Source of the DNA: a virus
Taxonomy: Duplodnaviria; Caudoviricetes
IMG/VR virus record: IMGVR_UViG_3300031998_000057
Location: 8,532 to 72,531 of that record
DNA length: 64,000 nucleotides
Direction: 5' to 3' (one strand)
The notes beneath the pieces are model-generated. The model made no database searches. It was not told the origin of the DNA and worked only from the letters and a program-made list of their open reading frames with translations. This document shows positions 47,643 through 56,798 of the stretch, in pieces (position 1 is the stretch's first letter; every line of letters begins with the position of its first letter). The position numbers and the translations under genes were made by a program.

Positions 47643-48478
47643 CAGTTCTCACCGTCCCCGTGATACTCACCGCGCACAAGGCCGAGATAGTCATACACGT
47701 CCGTTTCCGTCTGATTAGGCTCTTTCTCGAACTGCGCTTCATAAGGCCCGAAGTCGAAGTCTTCCGGCAGCTCCGTGGACTCCGGCAGATCGTCGTTTTT
47801 CTGCATCGTGCGGAGTATCGCCATCATCGCGTGTTCCTCCGCGTCCACGGTCTCAGGGTAATGCTTGCTTCTGCACCAGGTAAAAAACGCCTGCATCACG
47901 TCGTCCTTCGTCATTTCCATCGTGAGACCGAACTTTTTCCGCAGCGCGTCCACGAAGCCGTCCGGTCTCTGCTGCGCCGAGGGAAGGATATCGGCCTTCC
48001 GCATATTAGAGTCCTTGAGGTTGTCGCGGATCATGGCGTCAAGCTGCTTTGCCATCGCCACAGAGTCCTTGTCCGCCTTGCGGATGAGCTTGTTGCGCTG
48101 CAAGGCCATCATCGCGCAGGTACGGGCCGTATCGTCCTGCTGCCTGTCGATGCCTCCCGTGGCGTCGAGCTGTGAGGTCATTGTGCGGTACAGATCGTCA
48201 AGCTGTCGGTAGTCGCTCTCCGTGTAATCGTCGCCCCACAGCGTCGCCCAACGCTCCTGAGACGGAAGCCCCGCCAATATAGCAGCGTTCACGTCCTTCT
48301 CTCCGTCCGCGAATGTGCTTTCCCCAATGGCGTCGGCATAGACCGTCCAGCTTCCCGCGTCGCTCTCAGGCTCGTAAGCAACGTCAAAAACGGCGCACAT
48401 ACAGTAAAGCGCCAGGTCGGGGCCGATTGTCTGCGCGAGCCTGCCGTAGCATATTTCTCTGCTGATTTTATCGTCCAT
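47642..48478 (-). CDS. putative terminase small subunit / packaging protein
   Basis: Position at the start of the packaging operon; helical. Confidence 0.5.
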   Translation of the reverse strand: MDDKISREICYGRLAQTIGPDLALYCMCAVFDVAYEPESDAGSWTVYADAIGESTFADGEKDVNAAILAGLPSQERWATLWGDDYTESDYRQLDDLYRTMTSQLDATGGIDRQQDDTARTCAMMALQRNKLIRKADKDSVAMAKQLDAMIRDNLKDSNMRKADILPSAQQRPDGFVDALRKKFGLTMEMTKDDVMQAFFTWCRSKHYPETVDAEEHAMMAILRTMQKNDDLPESTELPEDFDFGPYEAQFEKEPNQTETDVYDYLGLVRGEYHGDGEN

Positions 48479-48605
48479 GTATTCACCGCCTGAAAAAAAG
48501 AAATCGCCGCGCCGTGTTCAGCGGCGCGACGGTTTCTGGGGTAAAGGGTATTGAGGAAGGAAGCCTAACACAGCATCGTAATGATACCCCGTTTATCGGC
48601 AGCAA

Positions 48606-48623
48606 TTCCCAATATAATGGGAA
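48606..48623. promoter_or_regulatory. 18-bp inverted repeat TTCCCA-ATATAA-TGGGAA, copy 2 (upstream of terS)
   Basis: Identical to 44262-44279. Confidence 0.7.
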
Positions 48624-48631
48624 TACGTCAT

Positions 48632-48859
48632 CTATTTTGTGTTTTCGCGGCAGATCAGGAAATCAACGGTAACTTCAAAGAAATCGGCAAGCGCAAGGAG
48701 TGAGGACATGGTGGGATTGCCCTCGCCCCTTTCATAGAGCGCGATCACGTTTTTGGACAGGCCGCAAAGCTCGCCGAGGACAAGCCTGCTGATGCCGCGT
48801 TTCTCTCTCAGATATTGCAGTCTTGCCGGAAACGTGTCCGGCGGTTTTCTCGTCCCCAT
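48632..48859 (-). CDS. XRE-family HTH regulator
   Basis: RLQYLREKRGISRLVLGELCGLSKNVIALYERGEGNP..LADFFEVTVDFL. Confidence 0.88.
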   Translation of the reverse strand: MGTRKPPDTFPARLQYLREKRGISRLVLGELCGLSKNVIALYERGEGNPTMSSLLALADFFEVTVDFLICRENTK

Positions 48860-48916
48860 GCGCGTCTTTCTCCCCTTTTTGTCGTTGCGCAGACCGCAGG
48901 CCCGCGGCAATCCGTC

Positions 48917-49384
48917 TCAGACCTCCGTGATCTCTATGCCGTATTTGTCCCGCATCTGTTTCTTCTTGATCTCATAAGTTTTCGTCTTTGTCGCAGAACC
49001 TCCCTTTATGTCCTCGACGACATACTGCCCGTCACGGGTATAGTAGGTGAAATCCGCTCGGTAGCGCTCCGCCCGCACCCGCTTCCCGTCTGGCGTCGTG
49101 TATGCCTCGATCAGCGTAAAGTCCTGCTGCAAGCGGAGATCGCGTATTTCTCCGGCAGTCAGCAGCAGCTTCAAGGTCTCATAGCGTTCCGCCTCTTTCC
49201 GGCTGTCGAAGTGAAGCTCGCCCTCACCGCTTTTCACGGTCGTTGGCACGTTGCGGTATTTCCTCTTTTTTGCCTGCTTCTCTCTTGGCGCTTCCGCTGC
49301 GGCTCTCTTGGCCTGCTGTTCAGCCAGCTTCCGAAGGATCTGTTTCTGCGCCCACTCCGGCAAGTCCTTCGTCTGTATCGCCAT
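48917..49384 (-). CDS. DUF1064-family nuclease
   Basis: FDSRKEAERY..LQQDFTL..YRADFTY..VEDIKG. Confidence 0.8.
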   Translation of the reverse strand: MAIQTKDLPEWAQKQILRKLAEQQAKRAAAEAPREKQAKKRKYRNVPTTVKSGEGELHFDSRKEAERYETLKLLLTAGEIRDLRLQQDFTLIEAYTTPDGKRVRAERYRADFTYYTRDGQYVVEDIKGGSATKTKTYEIKKKQMRDKYGIEITEV

Positions 49385-49691
49385 ACGCACCGCCCCCTTC
49401 CGTGGACGTATTCTTGGCCGCTCCACGCGGAAAGCGGAGCCGCTGTATTCCGTTCGGCTTATAAACCATTTTCCCGGTTTCAGGGTCTTTGACGGAATAT
49501 ACGGTCTCCGTATACCCCTCATGGAAGCGCCTCTCGATTTCCGCTGGGTTCCATCCGCAGGAGGCGCAGTTGTAGCCGCAGATAACGTCCGGCTTGCACC
49601 ACTTCATTTTCCGCGCTGCGTTGTCGAAGTGCTCAAAGCGGCAGGGTGACTTCTCGGCGGGAAGGCGCGTAAGGCTGCGCCTTTCGATCAT
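49320..49691 (-). CDS. hypothetical Cys-containing protein
   Basis: CGYNCASCGWNP motif; overlaps the next gene. Confidence 0.5.
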   Translation of the reverse strand: MIERRSLTRLPAEKSPCRFEHFDNAARKMKWCKPDVICGYNCASCGWNPAEIERRFHEGYTETVYSVKDPETGKMVYKPNGIQRLRFPRGAAKNTSTEGGGAYGDTDEGLAGVGAETDPSEAG

Positions 49692-49695
49692 GTAA

Positions 49696-50580
49696 TCACG
49701 CACGGCTCTTCCCTCCCAGGATTTCCCTTGCCAACTCGCGCCTCCGCTCTGCAAGGCCGTTTCTGCGGCTTTCGCCCACGACCTCAAGCGGTATGGCGCA
49801 CATTTCCAAAACCCTGTCATAGATGCGGCTGCGCATCGGGTCCTCCTCGCGCTCCATGTCTTTCACGTCCATGTTGGTCGTCACGATCAGCGGCAGGCCG
49901 GAGCGGTAGCGGGCGTCGATCACGCTGTAAAGCACTTCGCCGCCGTAACTCGTTTCACGCTCCGCACCAAGATCGTCCAACACAAGCAGGGAGAAACGGT
50001 TCAAATGCTCGATGATCTCCGCCCTTGCCTGTTTCCCCTGCATGGCCTCCACAAGCGTCGCCGTCGTAACGACGAGCGTATAAACCGTCTCCGTTTCCGT
50101 GATCTCGTTGGCGATGCAGGCCGCGTAAAAGGTCTTTCCCGTCCCCTTGTTCCCGAAAAAGACGATCCCGACGCCGCCCTGCTTCATTTCGTCCCATTTG
50201 GCCGCGTATTTTCGGCAAGTCCGCGCAATTGGCGTATTCGGCGCGTCGTCCTGCGAAAACCGTATGCTCTCCGTACCGACGGCGGAAAGGCCGTAAGCCT
50301 CGCGCATGGCGCGAAGCTTCATCCTGAACTGCTCTCTGCGAAACGTCTCTTTCTCAGTCTCGTAGCGCTCCTGCTCACAGCGGCACATCACGGGGACGAG
50401 CCGCTTTTCCGAAACGCCGTTCTCGTCAGGGAGCCAATCGATCCACGCCTGCCGCGGTTCACCGCATTCGCCGCAGAAAAGGATGCCGTCTTTCTCGAAA
50501 TCGTTTTCCTGCCTCTCCGGGACGCGGCTCGCAAGCGCCTCTATCTGCTCAGAGACGAGGCTGCTATACTGCGTCATCAT
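49696..50580 (-). CDS. DnaC/IstB-like helicase loader ATPase
   Basis: GNKGTGKT Walker A; LLVLDDLGAE; PLIVTTN. Confidence 0.9.
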   Translation of the reverse strand: MMTQYSSLVSEQIEALASRVPERQENDFEKDGILFCGECGEPRQAWIDWLPDENGVSEKRLVPVMCRCEQERYETEKETFRREQFRMKLRAMREAYGLSAVGTESIRFSQDDAPNTPIARTCRKYAAKWDEMKQGGVGIVFFGNKGTGKTFYAACIANEITETETVYTLVVTTATLVEAMQGKQARAEIIEHLNRFSLLVLDDLGAERETSYGGEVLYSVIDARYRSGLPLIVTTNMDVKDMEREEDPMRSRIYDRVLEMCAIPLEVVGESRRNGLAERRRELAREILGGKSRA

Positions 50581-51469
50581 CGAGAAATCCCCCCTTACTG
50601 TACTCCTCCGGCTTCTTCACGCTCCTTGACGCCGCAGTGCCGCCGCCTTTCCCGCGCCGCTGCTGGTCTCGCTCAAACTGCCGTTCCGAGCGTTCCACCT
50701 TCTCCAACGTGTCCAAGCCCTCCTGCTCATAACGGCGAAGGATGGCGAGGATATACTTCGGCGTCGTTTTCCCCTCGTTGAAAGCCGCTTCAATGCCGTG
50801 CTTCACGACATCATAGCCAAGCAAGCCCTCAAAATGCGTCAGGGACTCTCCGAAGTACGGCGTTGCGAAGGTTCCCGCCCCCTGTTCGTAAAACGAGACA
50901 AGGGATAATAACTCCTCCCGCACAGGCGCGGGCGCGTTGCTGCTGTTTTCTTTCGTTTTGTTTTCTTTTGTTTTATTTACTTTTGTTTTAGGGGAATTAT
51001 TGTCGCTGTTATAGGGGTTATTGCATACATTTAAGGTATTATTGTATACATTAACCTCGGAAACGTCCTCGTCGTCCCCTAAAAGCCAAAGGGTTTCGTC
51101 AAAATCATGCGGTTTTCTTCGCCCTGTCGCACTCATGTATCGGCGTTGGATTCCCTTACTCGTCAACACGCCCGCCTCGTCGAATAGCCTTTTATCAAAA
51201 AGCCCAATTCGCAAGCAGACGGAAACAACCTGCTTCACAGTTTCGGACCCGATGCCACCGCCCATCCTACGCGCTGTAGTGGCCGCATTGGCATAGCTCC
51301 AACGGTAAAAGAACCCGTCCGACGCATAAGCTTTCTGACAAAGATAAAAGTAAACGGCAAATCCAGACCATCCCTGTGCGTCGATCAGTTCATCAATCTT
51401 CGTGTCATTCTCAAAGATATTCGTGTCCCAAGGCGAATAATCAAGTCCTTTCTTTTTCGGCCTCGGCAT
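50564..51469 (-). CDS. replication initiator, DUF4373 N-terminus + DnaD-like C-terminus
   Basis: MPRPKKKGLDYSPWD..TSKGIQRRY; TPKYILAILRRYEQEGLDTLE. Confidence 0.85.
   Translation of the reverse strand: MPRPKKKGLDYSPWDTNIFENDTKIDELIDAQGWSGFAVYFYLCQKAYASDGFFYRWSYANAATTARRMGGGIGSETVKQVVSVCLRIGLFDKRLFDEAGVLTSKGIQRRYMSATGRRKPHDFDETLWLLGDDEDVSEVNVYNNTLNVCNNPYNSDNNSPKTKVNKTKENKTKENSSNAPAPVREELLSLVSFYEQGAGTFATPYFGESLTHFEGLLGYDVVKHGIEAAFNEGKTTPKYILAILRRYEQEGLDTLEKVERSERQFERDQQRRGKGGGTAASRSVKKPEEYSKGGFLDDDAV
50950..51052. repeat. AT-rich tract and 21-bp-period repeats inside the initiator gene (probable origin)
   Basis: TTATTG at 50997, 51018, 51039; TTATTG(C/T)ATACATT twice; adjacent T-rich run. Confidence 0.6.
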
Positions 51470-51490
51470 AGCGTTCTCCCTTCAGTTCCT

Positions 51491-51955
51491 TCAATCGTCA
51501 CTCTCCCACACGTCGGCGTCCTCGTTTGCCCGTTCCGTAATCATTTCCTGCAACTGCGGCAGGGCGGACAAGTCGAAGAGGAAGCCGACAAGCGCCTGCG
51601 GGACGATGAAATTCACGCGGCATTCGTAGGTGGGATGGATGCCCTTTTTCGTTTTGCTGACTTTTTCCGTCCACGTCCCGAAAACGAGCACCACATCCCC
51701 CTTCTCCATCGCCTGCATAACGATGGTGTTGATCGTGTCGCCGTACCCGGCGCATACAAGGTGCTTTTCGTTTCGGCCTGCGCCGCGCCCCGTCTTGATG
51801 ACGAATTTGACGCAGCGCAGGTCCTTGAAGCTGTCCTTCGGCTGCTTGACGATGTTGCCCCATGCGATCACGAAGCAGCGCCGCGTCTTTTCATCGTCGC
51901 CCTCCTGATACCGCCACCACGGGCCGCGGATATACCCGCCCAGGTTTGCCCCCAT
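51491..51955 (-). CDS. SSB-like OB-fold protein
   Basis: WGNIVKQP..VKFVIKT..MEKGDVVLVFGTW; acidic tail. Confidence 0.55.
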   Translation of the reverse strand: MGANLGGYIRGPWWRYQEGDDEKTRRCFVIAWGNIVKQPKDSFKDLRCVKFVIKTGRGAGRNEKHLVCAGYGDTINTIVMQAMEKGDVVLVFGTWTEKVSKTKKGIHPTYECRVNFIVPQALVGFLFDLSALPQLQEMITERANEDADVWESDD

Positions 51956-51992
51956 CGTTTCACCGCCTTTTGCCGCACGGGATTATAAAAAA

Positions 51993-52450
51993 TCAGCGCA
52001 AAACAACCACACAGCCGCTTTCGATGAGATCACACAGTTTCTCCTCAAAATAAGCGGCAATGCGGTCTTTTGCAGTCAGCGCCCACATACCGCCGTCGGC
52101 CTCAAAAAGTCCAACCTCTCCTTCGTCGTTGAGCCGAAGAAGAAATTCGCTTGTCGGCTGTTCAACTTCGAGGAATGTTCGATAGGGCGTCAGCATAACG
52201 CGGGGCTTGATCGCCACCATCGTTTTAAGACTTACGCCACGAGGGTACTCTTGGCCGTAGTGTGAACCATGATGGTGCGCCGCTCGTCATCCGGCGTCAG
52301 TTCCAAGGTCACGGTCAGCTTGCGCTTGGCCGCCGCCTTTGTGTTCACGTCCATGATGTTGTCGATGATACGGCGCATTTCGTAGTTCACGCGCTCCAAA
52401 ATCGCGCCTTGGCTCATTTCCAGAATGCTTGTTTCAGTCATTTTGTCCAC
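51993..52450 (-). pseudogene. deletion-joined remnants of two conserved phage genes
   Basis: 52232-52450 is an N-terminal part (GAILERVNYEMRRIIDNIMDVNT..RKLTVTLEL); 51993-52220 is a C-terminal part (PYRTFLEVEQP..LFEADGG). Confidence 0.55.
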
Positions 52451-52463
52451 TCCTTTTTTTATA

Positions 52464-52868
52464 TCAGAACGGAAGTTCCGAGTCGTCCGCTTCTTCCCAA
52501 GCCTCTCCGGGCTTCGGGGCCTGCGCCTGTTCCACGGACGGGCTTGTGGAGGAAGCGGTGGGCATCATATGAGACATAACGGTGATAAAATCGGCCTCCA
52601 CGTTCTCGTAGGTCTTTCCGTTGTACTCATGGGTGCGAAAAACGCCCGCCACAAGGACGTGATCGCCCTTTTCGAGATATCCGGCCATCCTGCCCGCGCC
52701 GCTGTCCGCCCAGGTTTCCACGTTCATGTACTTGCTTTTCCCGTAAGCGACAGAAAAGCGCACTTTATCGCCCGTTGCCGTTTCCCGAAGTTCAGGGTCA
52801 CGCGGAAGCTTGCCCGTAAAAAGGATGTTCAGCGTCCCGTCCTTCTCTTTCGTCGAAAAGATGCTCAT
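52464..52868 (-). CDS. ssb: single-stranded DNA-binding protein
   Basis: GKLPRDPELR..LEKGDHVLVAG; C-terminal DDSELPF. Confidence 0.85.
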   Translation of the reverse strand: MSIFSTKEKDGTLNILFTGKLPRDPELRETATGDKVRFSVAYGKSKYMNVETWADSGAGRMAGYLEKGDHVLVAGVFRTHEYNGKTYENVEADFITVMSHMMPTASSTSPSVEQAQAPKPGEAWEEADDSELPF

Positions 52869-52874
52869 ACCGCG

Positions 52875-53885
52875 TCACTCTCCGAAAAAGCTGGCAACGG
52901 GATCGTCCTCGTCAGGCGTCACGTCGATGGCCTTTGCGGGTCTGCCTCTGCGCACGGACTCCTTTTCGGGTGCAGGCTTCTCGGTTTCTGCGCTCGCGGG
53001 CGTGTTTTCTGGGGCCTCGGCGGCTTCGGTCACTTCCGACGCCGTTACTTCAATGACCTCCTCACGCCCTGCGGCGGCGGGCACGTCGGGAATGAAAATA
53101 TCCCCTTCGCCGGCCTCGCCGTCCTCGTCGAGAGCGCGGCGGAGCTGGGCGTTGTTGGCCAAGGGTACAAAGCCGCTGTTCAGCAGCTTGCGGATCACGG
53201 TCTTTTTCGCCATAAGATCAAAGTTTCCGTACCACGGGGACTTTTCCTTCAGGTGCTCGGCCTCTTGGGGGGTCAGCTCACCGCTGTTGAACTTGCGGTA
53301 ATCGTCGATGTCGAAGCTCTTGGAATACCGCTGCGCGTGGAGTACGATGTCACCGACGCGCATAAACTCGCTGGCGGAATAGCCGTTTTTGAGGTCAACG
53401 TAGAAGTAATAGCCGACGATGGGGTGGTTCTCTTCCTCGTCCTCCGTCTCGTAAACGGAGAAATCGAACTCAGGTCTCTTGGTCCGCTTATTCCGCCCCT
53501 TGTATTCGCCCTCGCGCACGACGATGGCGTTGGTGTCCGCGACCTCGCCCGTGGCGATCAGCAGGTGAAGCAGACCTTTGTAACCGATAATGTAACTTGC
53601 CCTGTCCCCAAAGGGAACAAGGTGATAGTCCACCCCGTAGGTCAGCCCCATGCCCTCCCCGCGCAGAGCGGCGGCAACGGTGGTGAATGGGTCGCACTCC
53701 CGCAGCTTTTCGTTGGTCGAGACCGCGGAGATCAGCGTCGCGGTCAGCCTCGCGGCGTCCGCCGCCGTAGGGACGGAGGCGCGGATAAGGGATTGTAGCG
53801 CGTTCCCGCGGATCTGCACGGAAAAAGGCTTCTTGTCATCTTTGCTGTTGTTTTTGCTTTTCGTCAGGGTATTCGTTACTTTCAT
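52875..53885 (-). CDS. recT: RecT-family single-strand annealing protein
   Basis: YHLVPFG..IIGYKGLLHL..SPWYGNFDLMAKKTVIRKLL. Confidence 0.88.
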   Translation of the reverse strand: MKVTNTLTKSKNNSKDDKKPFSVQIRGNALQSLIRASVPTAADAARLTATLISAVSTNEKLRECDPFTTVAAALRGEGMGLTYGVDYHLVPFGDRASYIIGYKGLLHLLIATGEVADTNAIVVREGEYKGRNKRTKRPEFDFSVYETEDEEENHPIVGYYFYVDLKNGYSASEFMRVGDIVLHAQRYSKSFDIDDYRKFNSGELTPQEAEHLKEKSPWYGNFDLMAKKTVIRKLLNSGFVPLANNAQLRRALDEDGEAGEGDIFIPDVPAAAGREEVIEVTASEVTEAAEAPENTPASAETEKPAPEKESVRRGRPAKAIDVTPDEDDPVASFFGE

Positions 53886-54196
53886 GCTGTGGTTTCCTCC
53901 ATTTCCTTTTTGTATTTAATCAATGTCCCGCGGCTCACGTTCAGAGCCGCGCACATTTCACGGTTGCATCTTCTGAGCTTCATGGCTTCCCGCAGCAGCT
54001 CGCGGTCGATCTCCTTGCGCGGTCTGCCGCGCTTTTTGGCGTTCCAATCACCGCAAACGTCGCAATACGCCGCGCTGTGCTCGCACATCAGGCAGATTTC
54101 GATTTTCTGCTGTGGAAGCCTCTCAAAGAGGTCGGTTTCCGCGTCGATGCTGTCCCACGGCATCACAGCCCCCCGTGCGCTCTCCGCAAGCGTCAT
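53882..54196 (-). CDS. hypothetical protein, Cys cluster + C-terminal HTH
   Basis: CLMCEH..CDVC; MCAALNVSRGTLIKY. Confidence 0.6.
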   Translation of the reverse strand: MTLAESARGAVMPWDSIDAETDLFERLPQQKIEICLMCEHSAAYCDVCGDWNAKKRGRPRKEIDRELLREAMKLRRCNREMCAALNVSRGTLIKYKKEMEETTA

Positions 54197-54201
54197 AGAA
54201 G

Positions 54202-55098
54202 TCACACCGCCCTTCCGTAGCGTATACCGTTCGCCCGCAGAAACGCGGCAAGCGCCGAAAGCTGCGCCCTTGTGCATTCCACGCGGAAGCTGACGGTCAG
54301 CAGTTCTTCGCTCTCCGGCTCCGCGCTTTCCTCCGGCTCCGCCCAGCTTTCCGAGGTATGCGCCCGCGCCGCTTCCTCCTCGCGCCTGCGCCGTTCCTCT
54401 TCAATCCGCGGCCGCCGCGCAGCTTCTTCCACGCGCCGCCGTTCCTCGCGTTCGCGGGCTTCCTTCAGTTCTCCGGCCTTCCGCATCACGCGCCCAATGT
54501 TGTGGCTGTCCTTGTAATAGTCCAACAGATAGGCCGTGTCCTCGCCGCCCATCGTGCGGATGGAAAGCAAGCTGTCGGCGGTCTCGTCGAGCGCGTAGTG
54601 GATCTCACCAACGGCGGTCTCAAAGGAAAATCCCTTGTTCGCCCACTTCGGATTGACGATGCGCTCCCAGGGGCAGTAGTCCCGCGCCTCGCCGCTTCCG
54701 TAGCGCTCGTACTCCTCGCGGAGCTTCGCAAGTTTCTCGTCGGCCTCGCGCTGCTCAAAAGCCTTCACCTGTGCGTCAAGGTTGTCACTGCCCTCCTTGC
54801 AGATGGCGACCAGCTCCTTGCACTTCGCCTCAAACGCGGCAAGCGGCTCCGTGTAGGCTTTCTTCACGGTCTTGCGCATTTCGTCAACGCGATCCGCGAC
54901 CTTGCGGATTTTCGCTCTGTCCTTCTTCGCCTCGGCAATGCCGTCCTCCGTGACGATGACCGACGTGTAGGGCGCGATCATTTCCGTCAGCGCGGCGCGG
55001 CATTCGTCGAAGTTCGCCGTGATTTCCGTGTTCCGCACCACGGCAAGCGCTTCCTGCGCGACCTCAAAGTTGACCTCATTCTTCATCGCCAATGACAT
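54202..55098 (-). CDS. DUF1351-family protein
   Basis: NFDE..VTEDGIAEAKKDRAKIRK..RKTVKKAYTEPL..LDAQVKAFE. Confidence 0.8.
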   Translation of the reverse strand: MSLAMKNEVNFEVAQEALAVVRNTEITANFDECRAALTEMIAPYTSVIVTEDGIAEAKKDRAKIRKVADRVDEMRKTVKKAYTEPLAAFEAKCKELVAICKEGSDNLDAQVKAFEQREADEKLAKLREEYERYGSGEARDYCPWERIVNPKWANKGFSFETAVGEIHYALDETADSLLSIRTMGGEDTAYLLDYYKDSHNIGRVMRKAGELKEAREREERRRVEEAARRPRIEEERRRREEEAARAHTSESWAEPEESAEPESEELLTVSFRVECTRAQLSALAAFLRANGIRYGRAV

Positions 55099-55381
55099 CG
55101 GCCTCCCATTCGTAATAAACTTTCTTCCCGCAATAGCGGGCGATCTGCACCTCAATAAGCGCCCCAGGCGACTTGTCCCAGCCGTCGAGCAGATAAATGC
55201 CGTCAGCCGCGAGCAACATCGGTACGCAGACGCCCATGTACTGCGTGTTGTTCATGTCACCTGGCAGAAAGGCCGGGTTGAGAACCGTATGTCCCTGCCT
55301 GATAAGCTTCACGGTCGCGCTGATAAACTGCTTTTTGTACTTTTCGTTCCCCGTGATCTTCCCCGCAACGTAAAGTCTCAT
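55076..55381 (-). CDS. DUF4406-family protein
   Basis: LYVAGKITG..VLNPA..MLLAADGIYLLDGWDKSPGALIE. Confidence 0.82.
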   Translation of the reverse strand: MRLYVAGKITGNEKYKKQFISATVKLIRQGHTVLNPAFLPGDMNNTQYMGVCVPMLLAADGIYLLDGWDKSPGALIEVQIARYCGKKVYYEWEADVIGDEE

Positions 55382-55406
55382 GTTCCTCTGAATATCCTCC
55401 TTCCGA

Positions 55407-56045
55407 TTACAGCACCAAACGCATCGGCGGCATGACGCCGCGATCAACGTAGCCCTTCCAAAACTGCTGTTCCTCGTTCAGCAGCCAGTTCATGTCATCG
55501 ATCACGTCCGTCCGTTCGATCTCGCGTTCCGTCAGCGTCATATCGCCGTTCTGTGAGTAGAGGCAGGCGTACAACCGCACGAAGTCGTAGCCCGTGGCAA
55601 GCAGGGCATGAAGCACTTGGCAATAATAGTTCTGTGGCATGGCTCCGTCCTTCCATTGGCTCCACTTCGCCCCCGGCGTCGCGGTCTTGATCTCCAGGAT
55701 GCCGCGCCTCCCAGCCTCGGCAAGCAATTCACCGTCAAGCGTCACGCACAGCCAAGGCCGCTCTTCCTGAAACAAAATGTCGAATTGGTGGTATTCTATG
55801 CGGTATTCTGGATGCAGCTTCGCGTACAGCTCGCGCAGTATCGGCTCCATGCGGGTCCCCTGCTCCACGGCGGCGTTGCCCGTGAGGTCTTTCTGCCGCG
55901 CCATACCCATCTTGATCTTCCACAGCTCGACGGGACTCATCCACGGGGACATACCCACGACGGCGGCGGCATCGGAGCCTCCGATGCCCTGCCCGCGTCC
56001 GGCAAGCCAACTTTCACGGTCTTCGAAGTGCAGCCGTTTCAGCAT
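55407..56045 (-). CDS. YqaJ-like exonuclease (RecE partner of RecT)
   Basis: WLAGRGQGIGGSDAA..TLDG..LEIKT..YYCQVLH. Confidence 0.9.
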   Translation of the reverse strand: MLKRLHFEDRESWLAGRGQGIGGSDAAAVVGMSPWMSPVELWKIKMGMARQKDLTGNAAVEQGTRMEPILRELYAKLHPEYRIEYHQFDILFQEERPWLCVTLDGELLAEAGRRGILEIKTATPGAKWSQWKDGAMPQNYYCQVLHALLATGYDFVRLYACLYSQNGDMTLTEREIERTDVIDDMNWLLNEEQQFWKGYVDRGVMPPMRLVL

Positions 56046-56047
56046 TT

Positions 56048-56569
56048 TCAGTCCTCCCCGTTCGGCGCGTAGCGCCAGCGAAAGCCCGCGGGGGCCTTGT
56101 CCGCAGATGCCGCGTTTGCCAAAGCGGCCGTCTTTTTCCTGTAGTAGACACAGGCTGCCGTGATGCTCGACGCGGGCGTTCCGACTGTCCGTGATGCGTC
56201 GGAGACGCTATCATAGGTCGCAAGGATCTCGCCGTCCGCGCCGAGCCGCTGCACCCTGACAGGCGGCTTGCCGCCCTTGTGCGGTCTTGCGTTTGTCCCC
56301 TTTGACTTCGGAGACCGTACCCCGCGCATCCCGGCGCGGCTTGCCCTGAGACACGCCTCCATCCGCTTATCGTAGGCGGCGATCTCACGCCTGCGCTTTT
56401 TGGCACGTTCGATGTCGTCCTTCGTGACGTGTACGCCGTAGACGTACTTGCCGTAGCTCAGCCCCAGCTCCCGCGCTTCCTTCTCGACCTGCGGAATGCT
56501 CTTCGGAAGCCCGAAGCTCTCATCGGGGTCGGCCTTGCAGAAAACGAGTTTATTCTTCTTGTTCGCCAA
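56048..56569 (-). CDS. protein with a C-terminal NUMOD1-like DNA-binding domain
   Basis: VQRLGADGEILATYDSVSDASRTVG..AGFRWRY; TTG start after GGAGGG. Confidence 0.6.
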   Translation of the reverse strand: MANKKNKLVFCKADPDESFGLPKSIPQVEKEARELGLSYGKYVYGVHVTKDDIERAKKRRREIAAYDKRMEACLRASRAGMRGVRSPKSKGTNARPHKGGKPPVRVQRLGADGEILATYDSVSDASRTVGTPASSITAACVYYRKKTAALANAASADKAPAGFRWRYAPNGED

Positions 56570-56798
56570 TGATTTCCCTCCAATCGTCCAGATTATCGAC
56601 TTCCTCAAAAGCCCCTCCGCAGGCGGGGCAGCCAGCCCTGCGCTCATACGGCCCCGTTTTAAAGCCGTGCGCTTCCACCCACTCAACGGGTGTTTGGAAT
56701 ACTTCTCCGCAGTCCAAGCACTTGAAAGCGGGAGCCGCGAGCGCCCAAAACGCGGGTCGGAAGAAATACCCGTTCATGCTTCTGCTCTCACGCTTCAT
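56550..56798 (-). CDS. small zinc-finger protein
   Basis: CLDC..CPACG. Confidence 0.6.
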   Translation of the reverse strand: MKRESRSMNGYFFRPAFWALAAPAFKCLDCGEVFQTPVEWVEAHGFKTGPYERRAGCPACGGAFEEVDNLDDWREIIGEQEE

